Shown here: one piece after another, positions 26,842 through 37,455 of the stretch
How the letters are laid out: each line of letters begins with the position of its first letter
Numbering within the stretch: the first letter of the stretch is position 1
From: Candidatus Fervidifonticultor sextus
GTDB lineage: Bacteria; Sysuimicrobiota; Sysuimicrobiia; Sysuimicrobiales; Humicultoraceae
Direction: 5' to 3'
Assembly: GCA_031459875.1 (NCBI GenBank)
Contig: JAVKHQ010000006.1
Location: forward strand, 36,312-100,311
DNA length: 64,000 bases
Translations under genes and position numbers: made by a program
The notes under the pieces: generated by a model
Seen by the model: the letters and a program-made list of their open reading frames with translations, nothing else
What the model was told of the DNA's origin: nothing
Database searches by the model: none

Positions 26842-28443
26842 GTGACAACGGTGAGCGGAAGACTCAGGTCTCGGGGTCGGCCGGGCGCGGTGATCCTCGT
26901 CCTCGTGCTCGGCAGTTGGCTGGTGGGGTCTGGGCCGGCTATCGAGGTTGCTCGGGCTCAACCCAGGGTTGGTGGGTCTCTCGTGTGGGGGTTCGAGGTC
27001 GAGCCGCCGCCACTAGATCCCCATCGGTGGGGGGGCACGGACTCTGCGAGCGTGATTGCCAACGTATACAGCACGCTGTTCAAGTGGACGTACGGCGAGA
27101 AGATCGTCAACGACCTGGTGGATCAGTGGACGATGGTCAGCCCGACCGAGTACCGGGTGCGACTGCGGCGCGGCGTAAGGTTCCACGACGGCACCCCGTT
27201 GACCAGTGCCGATGTGGAGTATAGCCTGGGCAGGATTCTGGCCCCCGCAACCGGCGCAACCTGGAGGGGTCAGCTCGCGATTATCAGGCGGGTGGAGGTG
27301 GTCGACGATCTCACCTTCAGGCTCCACTTGAGCGCGCCCATCGCGCCCGACTTGCTGCGGGAGCTCCTCTCGATGCCGCACACCGCGATCTTGTCGAAGC
27401 GCTGGATGGCCCAGCCCAGGAACTTTGCCGTAGAGCACATGGGAAGTGGGCCCTTCAAGTTTGCGGAACGGCGGCACGGCATTTCCATCTTGCTCGAACG
27501 GAATCCTTACTACTACGAAGAGGGCCGACCCTATCTGAATCGAGTGCTTTTCACCATTTACCCCGACGAGGAGCTGCGCACCGCAGCACTGAAGACGGGC
27601 GTCATCCACGTGAATCACTACCTGCCGTGGAAGGATATCGAAGCGATATCGAAGGATCCGAACATCGCCATCGGCATGACCGATTGGGCTTTTCTGGACA
27701 TCACTTTCAACGTGACGGCCCCTCCGTTCAACGATCGCCGCGTCCGGCAGGCGGTTGGCTACGCTGTGAATCGCAAGGCCATCGTGGACGCGGCTTTCTT
27801 CGGCTACGGGGCTCCCATCACCGGGGGCGTCCTTTCGGGGGCTCACTTCAAAGGCCAGTGGTACTACAATCCCGACACCGCCGGGTTTTGGGAGTACAAC
27901 CCGACCAAGGCGCGGGAACTCCTGCGAGAGGCCGGTTACCCTAGCTGCTTCCGGGCGACGATTCTGACCAGTGGTGACCATCACATGCACTGGGTGGCAG
28001 CGGAGATTGTTCAAGCCGGGCTCAACGCCATCGGCTGCAACATCAGCGTAGACAAGCGCGAGTGGGGAACGCGGGTGGCCCTTGGCAACCGTGAGCAATA
28101 TCAATTCGCCATCAACGGTAAGGGCCCGTTCCTCTCCGATCCGGACTTCTACATGACCTGGTACTACAGTAAGCTGGCCCCACTGTATCACCGACCGGCG
28201 GGGTACAACTTCCCTGGCCTGGACGCGTTGCTGGAGCGCGCCCGCACTTTCACGGACCAGAAGGAGCGTCTGGCCCTGTACAAGCAGTTCGAGCAGGAGT
28301 TTCTCAAGGAGTCGCCCGCGATTCCCCTGGTGTTCAGGACGCAGGCGACCGCCTTCAGGAAGAAGGTCAGGGGCCTGGAGGTGCTGCGAGGGCCCGGTTG
28401 GCCCTTGACCGGGAAACTGTTGGAGAACGTCTGGCTCGACTAG
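26842..28443 (+). CDS. ABC peptide/nickel-type substrate-binding protein (family 5)
   Basis: LRRGVRFHDGTPLTSADV, GSGPFKF, PFNDRRVRQAV. Confidence 0.93.
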   Translation: MTTVSGRLRSRGRPGAVILVLVLGSWLVGSGPAIEVARAQPRVGGSLVWGFEVEPPPLDPHRWGGTDSASVIANVYSTLFKWTYGEKIVNDLVDQWTMVSPTEYRVRLRRGVRFHDGTPLTSADVEYSLGRILAPATGATWRGQLAIIRRVEVVDDLTFRLHLSAPIAPDLLRELLSMPHTAILSKRWMAQPRNFAVEHMGSGPFKFAERRHGISILLERNPYYYEEGRPYLNRVLFTIYPDEELRTAALKTGVIHVNHYLPWKDIEAISKDPNIAIGMTDWAFLDITFNVTAPPFNDRRVRQAVGYAVNRKAIVDAAFFGYGAPITGGVLSGAHFKGQWYYNPDTAGFWEYNPTKARELLREAGYPSCFRATILTSGDHHMHWVAAEIVQAGLNAIGCNISVDKREWGTRVALGNREQYQFAINGKGPFLSDPDFYMTWYYSKLAPLYHRPAGYNFPGLDALLERARTFTDQKERLALYKQFEQEFLKESPAIPLVFRTQATAFRKKVRGLEVLRGPGWPLTGKLLENVWLD

Positions 28444-28485
28444 ATTGCTCTCGGGTTTGGCGGTCATCGTGAGGGACCGTTCGAT

Positions 28486-29436
28486 GTGAGGGTTTACGTC
28501 GCCCGTCGTGTCGTCACCGCCCTGGGCCTGACCGTCCTGGTGAGCGTCCTGGCGCGTTCGCTCATTCACTTCCTGCCCGGGGACCCCGTGTCACTTATCC
28601 TGGGCAGTGAGACAGCAGTGGACCCCCAGGTGCTCCAGACCGTCAGGGCGCAGCTAGGACTTGACCGCCCTGTCTACGCGCAGGTGGCGTCGTGGATTGT
28701 TGGGCTCTTCCGGTTGGACCTGGGCCAGGCGCTCTCCACGGGACAGCCCGTCATTGAGGTCATCGCCGAGACTCTACCCCGAAGCCTCTACATCGTGATT
28801 GGGGGAACGCTGGTCGGGACGCTGCTGGGCGTCCCCCTTGGGGTGATCGCCGCGTTGCATCGCAACCGCCCGCTGGACTGGATCACGAGCGGCATCGCAG
28901 CGCTGGGAATCTCCACGCCCGTCTTCGTCGTCGGGACGCTTCTGGTACTGTTCTTCGGTGTAGAACTCCGGTGGTTCCCTGCTTCGGGCTATGTGGGCTT
29001 CTCCGAAGATCCTTCGGCGTTCTTTCGTCGGCTGACCCTTCCGGTGACCACGCTGGGCTTCGGCATGCTGGCGCTGGTGGGACGGATGACGCGCTCGACG
29101 ATGCTGGAGGTCCTGGGGCAGGATTATGTGCGGACGGCTCGTTCCAAGGGCCTCGACCGTCGTCGCGTCGTGTACAGGCACGCGCTGGCCAACGCCCTGG
29201 TGCCGGTGGTCGCCCTCGTGGGGGTGGAGCTGGGGACGCTGTTGGGTAGAACCGTCCTGGTCGAGTATATTTTCAACTGGCCCGGAATGGCGACCATGCT
29301 GCTCAGGGCCGTGCGATTCCGCGACTACGCCGTGGCCCAGGGCATTGTCCTGGTGATCTCCTTAATCTTTATCTTCGTGAATCTGCTCGCGGACCTGCTC
29401 TACGCTCTGCTCGACCCGCGGATCCGGTACGAGTAG
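28486..29436 (+). CDS. ABC peptide permease (DppB-like)
   Basis: LPGDPV, LGLDRP, DYVRTARSKGL, LDPRIRY. Confidence 0.95.
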   Translation: MRVYVARRVVTALGLTVLVSVLARSLIHFLPGDPVSLILGSETAVDPQVLQTVRAQLGLDRPVYAQVASWIVGLFRLDLGQALSTGQPVIEVIAETLPRSLYIVIGGTLVGTLLGVPLGVIAALHRNRPLDWITSGIAALGISTPVFVVGTLLVLFFGVELRWFPASGYVGFSEDPSAFFRRLTLPVTTLGFGMLALVGRMTRSTMLEVLGQDYVRTARSKGLDRRRVVYRHALANALVPVVALVGVELGTLLGRTVLVEYIFNWPGMATMLLRAVRFRDYAVAQGIVLVISLIFIFVNLLADLLYALLDPRIRYE

Positions 29437-29450
29437 GAGCCGACGCGATA

Positions 29451-30290
29451 GTGATGGCGTTGACGGGAAGACGCCTCCGACGGCACTGGCGGCTCGCGGC
29501 GACCGGCCTGGTCATTGTGTTCTTCCTACTTATGGCGTTCCTCCCGGAGGTCTTCGCGCCACGGTCTCCGACGGTGTTCGACACCGCCAGACGCCTGGAG
29601 GGCCCGAGCAGGGACTTCCCATTTGGCACCGACGATCTCGGCCGGGACATTCTGAGTCGCATCATCCACGGTGCCAGAGCGTCTCTCATCATTGCATTTG
29701 GTGCGGTAGGTATCGCCGTTGTGGGGGGTGTCACCCTGGGAATGGTGGGCGGGTATTACCGGGGACTGTGGGAGTGGCTTCCGATGCGGCTCGTCGACGT
29801 CATGCTGTGCTTCCCCCCCATCGTTCTGGCGATTCTGATTGTCGGCTTCCTTGGACCTGGCATGGCGAATTTGGTGATGGTCATTGGCGTCCTGTATGTT
29901 TCGCGGATGGCGAGGGTCGTGCATGGTGCCACGCTGAGCATTCGCGATTCGGACTACGTTGAGGCCCACCGGGCCGTCGGTGCCGCAGGAGCCAGGATTC
30001 TGTTGCGGGGCATCCTCCCTAACATTATGGCTCCCGTCATCGTTCAGGCCACCCTGATGTTGGGGACTGCCATCCTTGTGGAATCTGGACTCAGTTTCCT
30101 GGGGCTAGGAGTCCCGCCGCCAGCCCCCTCCTGGGGCGACATGATTGGCCGGGGCAGGACCTTCATGTTGAACAGCCCAACCGGGGTGATCTTTCCCTCT
30201 GTTACATTGATGGTTGTGGTATTGGCATTCAACCTGTTCGGGGACGCCCTGCGCGATCACTTGGATCCGAGACTCCGGGGTGCTCGATAA
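29451..30290 (+). CDS. ABC peptide permease (DppC-like)
   Basis: FGTDDLGRDILSRIIHGAR, LSFLGLG..PSWG, DALRDHLDPR. Confidence 0.95.
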   Translation: MMALTGRRLRRHWRLAATGLVIVFFLLMAFLPEVFAPRSPTVFDTARRLEGPSRDFPFGTDDLGRDILSRIIHGARASLIIAFGAVGIAVVGGVTLGMVGGYYRGLWEWLPMRLVDVMLCFPPIVLAILIVGFLGPGMANLVMVIGVLYVSRMARVVHGATLSIRDSDYVEAHRAVGAAGARILLRGILPNIMAPVIVQATLMLGTAILVESGLSFLGLGVPPPAPSWGDMIGRGRTFMLNSPTGVIFPSVTLMVVVLAFNLFGDALRDHLDPRLRGAR

Positions 30291-30314
30291 CTGCGCAGAG
30301 ACAGGAGGACGATC

Positions 30315-31367
30315 ATGCAGCAGACGGCAGTCGACCGAGCCAAACTCCTGCACAGGGAGTCTATCGTCTTCGACGGCCTGATGCCCTGGGGAAACCTGGA
30401 TCATCTCTACTGCATACAGGAAGCGCTCCAGGGAGGCCTCACAGCCGCCAACGTGACTGTGGCCCACTTCCCCCACAACAGCGTCCGAGCCATTGACCGC
30501 ATCGCCCACTATGCCTCAATAGTGAGGCAGCGCCGGGATCTGATGCGCGTCGTGCAGACCACGCGGGAGATCGAGGCGGCAAAGCGCGATGGGGTAATTG
30601 GTGTGGTATGGGGGTTTCAAGACACGACGCCGTTCGACAACCGGCTGGAGTTGATTGACGTCTTCGCGGACCTAGGCGTCCGCATCGTTCAGCTTACCTA
30701 CAACACCCAGAACTTCGTAGGGTGCGGCTGCTGTGAAGTGTGGGACGCACCGCTGACGGGGTTTGGACGGGAGATCCTCCGGCGTTTGGAGGACCTGCGG
30801 ATCGCGGTGGATCTCTCCCACTGCGGAGACCAGACTACCGAAGATACCCTTCGGCGGGCTAGGCGACCCGTGCTCATCACCCACGCGGGGGCCCGCGCGG
30901 TCTGTCCAGCGTATGGTCGCAACAAGACCGACGACCAGATACGGATGCTGGCCGGTTGTGGCGGGGTGATTGGGGTCGTTTTCGCGCCCTTCCTCGTAAA
31001 GCGCGACCCCCAGACGCATCAGGTGCTACCGTCTACGATCGACGATGTGATCCGACACATCGAGCACATTGGGAACCTAGTGGGGCTGGACCACGTTGGG
31101 ATCGCCAGCGACCTGTGCGCTGCTTGGCTCGATCAGCGGCGGACCCCCCCGGAGTCCAGCATGCGGTGGTGGCGGGAGGCCCGCCCCGACGTCTTCGGTC
31201 GGGGCCCGATCGAGGAGTACGATCCCTACCCTGAGGGGCTGCAGCGGCATTCCCATCTTCCCAACCTGACCCGTCGCCTCATTGAGCGGGGGTTCAGCGA
31301 CGGCGAGGTGAGAGGGATTTTGGGAGGTAACTTCATTCGAGTACTTCGAGACATTTGGGGCGACTAA
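30315..31367 (+). CDS. Membrane dipeptidase (peptidase M19) family protein
   Basis: LGVRIVQLTYN, DLSHCG, ITHA, RNKTD, VGIASD, ILGGNF. Confidence 0.9.
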   Translation: MQQTAVDRAKLLHRESIVFDGLMPWGNLDHLYCIQEALQGGLTAANVTVAHFPHNSVRAIDRIAHYASIVRQRRDLMRVVQTTREIEAAKRDGVIGVVWGFQDTTPFDNRLELIDVFADLGVRIVQLTYNTQNFVGCGCCEVWDAPLTGFGREILRRLEDLRIAVDLSHCGDQTTEDTLRRARRPVLITHAGARAVCPAYGRNKTDDQIRMLAGCGGVIGVVFAPFLVKRDPQTHQVLPSTIDDVIRHIEHIGNLVGLDHVGIASDLCAAWLDQRRTPPESSMRWWREARPDVFGRGPIEEYDPYPEGLQRHSHLPNLTRRLIERGFSDGEVRGILGGNFIRVLRDIWGD

Positions 31368-31390
31368 ATTAGCCTATCGGAGCGATCGGT

Positions 31391-32599
31391 ATGACCCCGC
31401 GGAATGCGCGACGTAGCGCGACGGATTTTCTGGCCGCTCGCGTCGGCCGTCACCCGCCCGGGGAGCGGGAACGTCTGTTGCAGTTGGCCGAAGGACGGGC
31501 TGATCTCATCAGCCTTGGCCGTGGCGATCCTGACCTGCCCACTCCTCCTCATATTGTCGAGGCCGCTCGGCGGGCCCTGGAGGAGGGTGCCACGCATTAC
31601 ACCCACTGGCAAGGCCGAGAAGACCTGCGCCAGGCTATCTGTGATAAATACCGGCGTGAGTACGGCATGCAGGTCGACCCGTCCCGGGTTGTGGTGACGG
31701 CTGGCGCCCAGGAAGCCATCTACATCACTTTTCAGGCGTTGCTGGATCCAGGCGATGAAGTCCTCATGGCAGACCCGCACTATCTCCCTTACACCAGGGC
31801 CATCAGGTTCGCCGGGGGACTGCCCGTATACGTCCCCACCTTTGAGGAACACGCGTTTGTCATGCAACCGGAGGATGTCGTCAGGTCAATCACTTCCCGG
31901 ACGAAGGTCCTTGTTGTCGTCTCCCCCGGCAATCCCACCGGCGCGGTCATCCCCACGGAGGTCATGGCAGAACTCGCTGCGGTGTCCCACAGCCACGACC
32001 TGCTTGTGGTGATGGATGAGATCTATGAAAAGTTCGTCTTCGATGGGGCCGTCCATACCACCATTGCCGCAGAACCCGGCATGATGGATCGCACAATCAT
32101 CGTCAACGGATTCAGCAAGACTTATGCCATGACCGGGTGGCGTGTCGGCTACCTCATCGCTCCCGGCCCCATCGTACGCTCCATGGCAATAGTGAAGCAT
32201 ACCATGACCATCTGTGCTCCGGCTGTTTCCCAGGCTGCCGCCCTGGCGGCCCTTGAAGGCCCTCAAGGGGTGGCGGAGGAGACGCGGCAGATCTATGCCG
32301 GACGGCGTCAGGTGCTGGTTGAAGGCCTGGTTCGCCTGGGATTGAACTGCGGTGGCTCCCGGGGGGCTTTTTTCGCCTATGCCAACGTGACCTCCACGGG
32401 CGTGTCGGCCTTCGACCTCTGTACGCGCCTGCTGGATGTCGGCGTCCTGATCTTTCCCGGGACGGCCTTTGGCAATGGCGAGGGCTATGTGCGGGCGTCG
32501 TTTCTTCAGCCCCCAGAACGCTTGCAGGAGGCTATCGAGCGGATAGGTCCTGTGGTGAGGGAGCTGCAGCACCGACGTCGGGAGACCGAGTTCGGCTGA
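31391..32599 (+). CDS. PLP-dependent aminotransferase class I/II
   Basis: SPGNPTG, DEIY, NGFSKTYAMTGWRVG. Confidence 0.95.
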   Translation: MTPRNARRSATDFLAARVGRHPPGERERLLQLAEGRADLISLGRGDPDLPTPPHIVEAARRALEEGATHYTHWQGREDLRQAICDKYRREYGMQVDPSRVVVTAGAQEAIYITFQALLDPGDEVLMADPHYLPYTRAIRFAGGLPVYVPTFEEHAFVMQPEDVVRSITSRTKVLVVVSPGNPTGAVIPTEVMAELAAVSHSHDLLVVMDEIYEKFVFDGAVHTTIAAEPGMMDRTIIVNGFSKTYAMTGWRVGYLIAPGPIVRSMAIVKHTMTICAPAVSQAAALAALEGPQGVAEETRQIYAGRRQVLVEGLVRLGLNCGGSRGAFFAYANVTSTGVSAFDLCTRLLDVGVLIFPGTAFGNGEGYVRASFLQPPERLQEAIERIGPVVRELQHRRRETEFG

Positions 32600-32741
32600 G
32601 GAGATTTCGCATCCCCTGGCACGAACAGCTTCAGGACCTCGCCTGCTGGGGGTTCTGCCACCTGGACTGCCCGTCGGGGCGTTTGTGCAGTGAGCGTAGA
32701 GCCCGGCCGAGGTGTGGCGGATCATCCGCAGAATGCGTACA

Positions 32742-33163
32742 GCATGCCAGGCGGGGCTCGGCGCGGCTCCGGGGATGCGGCTTCCCGCCGGTGGCTGTCC
32801 ACCGGCGCCGTCGCCATAGGCCTCGCCAGCTTCCTCAGCGACCTCGGTCACGAGATGGCGACCGCCATTCTGCCCCTCTTCCTCCTAACGATCGGGGGGC
32901 GCCTGGAGCGTCGCAAGGGTCCGGCGGCAACCGCCTGTCTCGTGACCGCGGTCGCCACGAGTGCATTTGCCCTGGCGACGGCGTGGTGGCACGTACTCGT
33001 CGGGCGGTCGGTCGCTTGGTTCGGCCGAGAATTCCGCAGCGAGCGGGCGACCGACGCAGACCTCCCACCGGACGGTGCGGCCCCCGCCTTCTCGATTGCT
33101 GACGCCCTCCTCCTGACGACCGTGCACCCTCCTGCCCGAACGCGCCACGCGGCCCATGCGTAG
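32742..33163 (+). pseudogene. Internally deleted MFS transporter remnant
   Basis: MFS N-terminus GLASFLSDLGHEMATAILPLFL joins directly to RRK..ALATAWWHVLVGRSVAWFGR; about 140 aa instead of about 400. Confidence 0.6.
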
Positions 33164-34332
33164 GTCGCCCCCGGGGACCGCGGCGGCCGTCGGCCCCGCA
33201 GCCCCGCCGGCTTTGCGGTTCGACCGGAACGAATGGGCAGGCGCCTTTGGCGATATCGGGACAGACCTGCCCCTCATCGTCGGCATGATCCTCGCCGCCC
33301 GCCTGGACAGTGCCAGTGTCCTGTGCATGTTCGGAGCGATGCAGATCGTCACGGGCGTCTGGTACAGGATGCCGATGCCGGTACAACCGCTGAAGGCCAT
33401 GGCGGCGATCGTTATCACGCAGAAACTGACGGGAAACATCCTGTATGGCGGCGGCTTCGCCGTCGGCCTCCTCATGCTGGTGTTGACCGCCACACGCCTC
33501 ATCGAATGGCTGGCGCGGGTCACGCCGCTCGTCGTGATCCGCGGCATCCAGTTCGGGCTGGGGCTACAACTGGCGACCCTCGCCCTGCGGGAGTAATTCC
33601 GCGCCGAGGGGACCCCTGGCTACGTGGTGGCCGCTCTGGCCTTCCTCCTCACCCTCCTGCTCATCGGCAATCGCCGGTACCCGGCCGGCCTCTTTGTCAT
33701 CGCCCTGGGGATCGTCTACGCGGTACTCTTTACGCTGCGGCCGGTGGCACGGCGTTAGCTTCCGACTGCCACGGCTCTTCGTGCCGACGGCGTCAGACGT
33801 CCTGACGGGACTGCTGGTGCTTGCGCTGCCGCAGATCCCACTCTCGCTGGGGAACTCGATTCTCGCCACACACCAGAGCGCCAGGGACTTCTTCCCCGAC
33901 CGTCCGCTGAGTGTGCGGAAGATCGGCGCGACCTATGCCTTCATGAACTTGGTCCAGCCGTTCTTCAGCGGCATTCCCACCTGCCACGGCTCGGGGGGGC
34001 TGGTGGGACACTACACGTTTGGGGGACGTACGGGAGGCTCGGTCGTCATCTACGGAGGCCTCTACGTCCTTTTGGGTCTGTTGCTCAGCGGCGGCTTTGA
34101 CGAGGTCATTCGGGTCTTTCCGCTGCCGATTCTGGGAGTGCTGCTGCTCTTTGAAGGGCTCGCCCTCATGACGCTCCTTGGGCGCCTGTCGGATCTCAAG
34201 GCGGATCTCCCCATCGCCCTCCTCATCGGGTTGATCGCGGGGGGATTGCCCTACGGGTATGTGGTGGCGATGATCGTGGGAATGCTGCTGGCTTCTCCGA
34301 CGGGGCGCCGGCTTGGTCGGGTGACCCGCTGA
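33156..34332 (+). pseudogene. Molybdate/sulfate transporter (MOT1-like), disrupted
   Basis: GAFGDIGTDLP, PMPVQPLKAMAA, PQIPLSLGNS, CHGSGGL; in-frame TAA at 33594-33596, hydrophobic frame continues, then a frameshift near 33750. Confidence 0.8.
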
Positions 34333-34371
34333 AGCGTGGCCCACACCCCTCGCGCGGTGCCCTGCCGGGGA

Positions 34372-37300
34372 CTACTTCCCTTCGGTCGGTTCGGGCACCC
34401 CGGCCGGGACCTCGCGGCGGGCGCGCGCCCACCGGGTGAACTGGTCGAGCATCACGTACAGCGCCGGGATGAGGAACAGGGTCCCGATCGTGGAGGTGAC
34501 GAGCCCGCCCACGATGGCCCGGGCCAGCGGGACCTGGAGTTCCGAGCCCTCGCCGAGCCCGATGGCCAGCGGCAGCAGGCCGAAGGTCGTTGTCAGCGTC
34601 GTCATGAGGATCGGTCGGAGCCGGCGCTGTCCGGCCCGGGCCAGCGCCTCGCGCAGTGGCACGCCGTCGTTCTCCAGCTGAAGAGCGTAGGTAATGAGCA
34701 CGATCCCGTTGTTCACCGCGACCCCGACCAGGACGATCGCGCCGAGCCCCGACTGGACGTTGAGGGTCGTGCCGGTGAGCAGCAGGGCCGCGACGACGCC
34801 CACCAGGGCGAACGGCACCGCCGCCATGATTAGGAAGGGTTCCAGCAGCCGTTCGAACTGCGACGCCATGACCATGTAGACCAGTACCAGCGACATCAAG
34901 AACCCGGTCAGGAGTTGGGCGAACGACTCGCGCTGGTCTTCGAACTCGCCGCTGAAGGCCACCGAAAAGCCGGGGGGGAGACGCTGGGCGAGGATCGTCT
35001 TGCGGACCTCCGCGATGGTGGCGCCGACGTCGCGGCCGGCGATGTTGCCGGTGAGCGTGATGACGCGCTCGCGGTTGCGCCGCTGGATCTGGGTGGGGCC
35101 CGGGGTCCCGACGATCTCCGCCAGCTGCCGAAGGGGCACGACCCCGCGCGGGGTCGAAATCGGCAGATCGGCCAGCCGGCCGGGCGTGGCCCGATCGGCT
35201 TCGCGGAGCCGCACGACGACGTTGATGTCATCCCCGCCGACGCGGAACAGCGCCGCCGTCGTCCCCCCGACATAGGTGCGGACCGATGAGGCGACCTGGC
35301 TGGCGGCCGTGCCGAAGACCGCGGCCCTGGCGGGGTCGACGCGGACGGTGAACTCCTCGGCGCTCTCTTCCCGGCTGACGTTCACGTCGGTGACGCCCGG
35401 AATGCCCTCCAGAACCCCCCGCAGGCGGCGGGCCGTGGCGTTGGCGGTCTCCAGGTCGAACCCGCGCAGATCGATGCTGATGGGGTCGGGCGAGCGGAAG
35501 AAGAACAGCGAACTGACCGGGCGGTAGAAGATCACAGCGCCCGGGATGCGGATGCGCTGTCGGAGGTCGTTGATGACCTGCTGCGTCGGGGGGGCATCCG
35601 CCCCCAGCCGTACCCGGAAGGTAATGATGTGCGTCGCCGTGCCCGCGAAGGTACTGCCGACCAGCGTGAGTACGGTAGTCCGCCCGGGGATATGGCGGAG
35701 CAGCGTCTGTTCGATACCCCGCGAGACGGCGTCGGACACTTCCAGGGACGTCCCGCGGGGTTGCTGGACCGACATGAAGAACTCGTGCTCGTCCGACGGT
35801 GGAAACGTCTCGCGGCCCAGGTGCGGTAGGGCCGACCAGGCGAGGGCCATGACGACCAGCGCCGGCGCGACAACCAGGAGGGGCCGACGGATGGGAACGA
35901 CCAGCAGCCGCCGGTAGCCGTCCTCCACAGCCACGAACCACCGTTCGAGGGATGCGGCTGCCCGTCCGGCGAGCGTGCTCCCGTGCCCCAGGATGAGTGC
36001 CCGCGAGGCGAGGGAAGGGATCAGGGTGAGCGCCACCAGCAGCGAGCACATCAGGGCCACGGTGACCACGAAGGCCAGTGGGCGGAACATCACGCTGGCG
36101 ATCCCCGTCGTGAACCACATGGGGAGGAAGACTACGATGGTCGTCAGCGTGCTGGCCATGATGGCGGTGCCAACCTCGCTGGTGGCCTCCTGCGCCGCCA
36201 GTGTGGGCGGCCGGCCTTCCTCGCGGTGGCGGAAGATGTTCTCCAGGACCACGATGGCGTTGTCCACGAGCATCCCGATGGCCAGCGCCAGCCCGCCGAA
36301 GGTCATCAGGTTGAGGGTCAGCCCTCCCCAGAACATCACCAGGATCGTGACCAGGACCGACAGCGGGATGGCCGTGGAGATGATCAGCGTGCTGCTGATG
36401 TTGCGCAGGAAGCCCAGCAGGACGACGACGGTGAAGGCCCCGCCCAGCAGCGCGGCGGTCCGGACGTTCTCGATAGACCGGCGGATGAACCGGCTGCCGT
36501 CGCTGATCACCTGCATCCGCGCCTGCGGGAACTGGTCGTTCAGCTCGTCGACGACCCTGAAGATCCGGCGGGCCACCGCTACGGTGTTGGTGCCGGACTG
36601 CCTGGTGATGGCGATCAGGATGGCGGGCTGGCCGTTGAGCCGGACCACCGAGGTGGCCTCGGCCAGGGTGTCCTGGACCCGGGCGACGTCGGCCACGCGC
36701 ACCGCCACCCCCTGGCGGGTAGCCACGACGATCTGGCCGATGTCCTGAATCGAGGTGAAGCGGCCCACGGTGCGCACGATGCGGCGTTGCGGGCCCACCC
36801 GCACGTCGCCACCGGGATCGCTCGTGCTCTCCGACTGCAGGGCCAAGACGACCTCGCGTTCCGAGACCCCCAGGGCCTCCAGGCGCTGCCGGTCCAGTTC
36901 GACCCGGATCTCCCGCTCTCGGGCGCCGCGGACGTCCACGGTGGCCACGCCCTCGACCTGCTCCAGGCGTGGGCGGAACTCATGCTCCGCCAGATCGCGC
37001 AGCGCGCTGGGGTCGCCGCGCGCCTCGATGCCCAGCAGGACGATCGGAAAGGTATTGGGGTCGAACTTGGCCACCCGGGGTATGTCAGCCCCGTCGGGCA
37101 GCCGGTTGCGTACGCGGTCAATCGCTGGCCGGACATCGTTGGCGGCGGCGTCGAGATCCTTGCCCCACGGAAACCGCAGCGTGATGCTGCTGCGCCCCTC
37201 GACGGAACTGGAGGAGATCTCGGTGACGCCCGGCACCGTGGCCAGCGCATTCTCCAGCAGCATGGTGACTTCGCGCTCGACCTCCTGGGGACCGGCGCCA

Positions 37301-37455
37301 GGATAGTTGGTCGTCACCGATAGGGTCGGAAAGGAGATGTCCGGCAGGAGGTCGACGGGCAGGCGGGCGAAGGCGACCACGCCCAGGAACGCCAGGCCCA
37401 GGTAGACCATGATGGTCGTAATGGGACGCGCGATCGCAACGCGCGCGAGGTTCAC
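34372..37455 (-). CDS. RND efflux permease (AcrB/SwrC-like)
   Basis: 1027 aa; LPVDLLPDI, GMLVDNAIVVLENI, RLRPILMT. Confidence 0.96.
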   Translation of the reverse strand: MNLARVAIARPITTIMVYLGLAFLGVVAFARLPVDLLPDISFPTLSVTTNYPGAGPQEVEREVTMLLENALATVPGVTEISSSSVEGRSSITLRFPWGKDLDAAANDVRPAIDRVRNRLPDGADIPRVAKFDPNTFPIVLLGIEARGDPSALRDLAEHEFRPRLEQVEGVATVDVRGAREREIRVELDRQRLEALGVSEREVVLALQSESTSDPGGDVRVGPQRRIVRTVGRFTSIQDIGQIVVATRQGVAVRVADVARVQDTLAEATSVVRLNGQPAILIAITRQSGTNTVAVARRIFRVVDELNDQFPQARMQVISDGSRFIRRSIENVRTAALLGGAFTVVVLLGFLRNISSTLIISTAIPLSVLVTILVMFWGGLTLNLMTFGGLALAIGMLVDNAIVVLENIFRHREEGRPPTLAAQEATSEVGTAIMASTLTTIVVFLPMWFTTGIASVMFRPLAFVVTVALMCSLLVALTLIPSLASRALILGHGSTLAGRAAASLERWFVAVEDGYRRLLVVPIRRPLLVVAPALVVMALAWSALPHLGRETFPPSDEHEFFMSVQQPRGTSLEVSDAVSRGIEQTLLRHIPGRTTVLTLVGSTFAGTATHIITFRVRLGADAPPTQQVINDLRQRIRIPGAVIFYRPVSSLFFFRSPDPISIDLRGFDLETANATARRLRGVLEGIPGVTDVNVSREESAEEFTVRVDPARAAVFGTAASQVASSVRTYVGGTTAALFRVGGDDINVVVRLREADRATPGRLADLPISTPRGVVPLRQLAEIVGTPGPTQIQRRNRERVITLTGNIAGRDVGATIAEVRKTILAQRLPPGFSVAFSGEFEDQRESFAQLLTGFLMSLVLVYMVMASQFERLLEPFLIMAAVPFALVGVVAALLLTGTTLNVQSGLGAIVLVGVAVNNGIVLITYALQLENDGVPLREALARAGQRRLRPILMTTLTTTFGLLPLAIGLGEGSELQVPLARAIVGGLVTSTIGTLFLIPALYVMLDQFTRWARARREVPAGVPEPTEGK

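Noticed and set aside
24272..30290. Staphylopine/pseudopaline-type metallophore biosynthesis
   Set aside because: No nicotianamine-synthase-like gene or exporter in the block
33594..33596. Programmed readthrough or recoding in the MOT1-like gene
   Set aside because: The stop is TAA and a second lesion (frameshift) follows; decay is simpler
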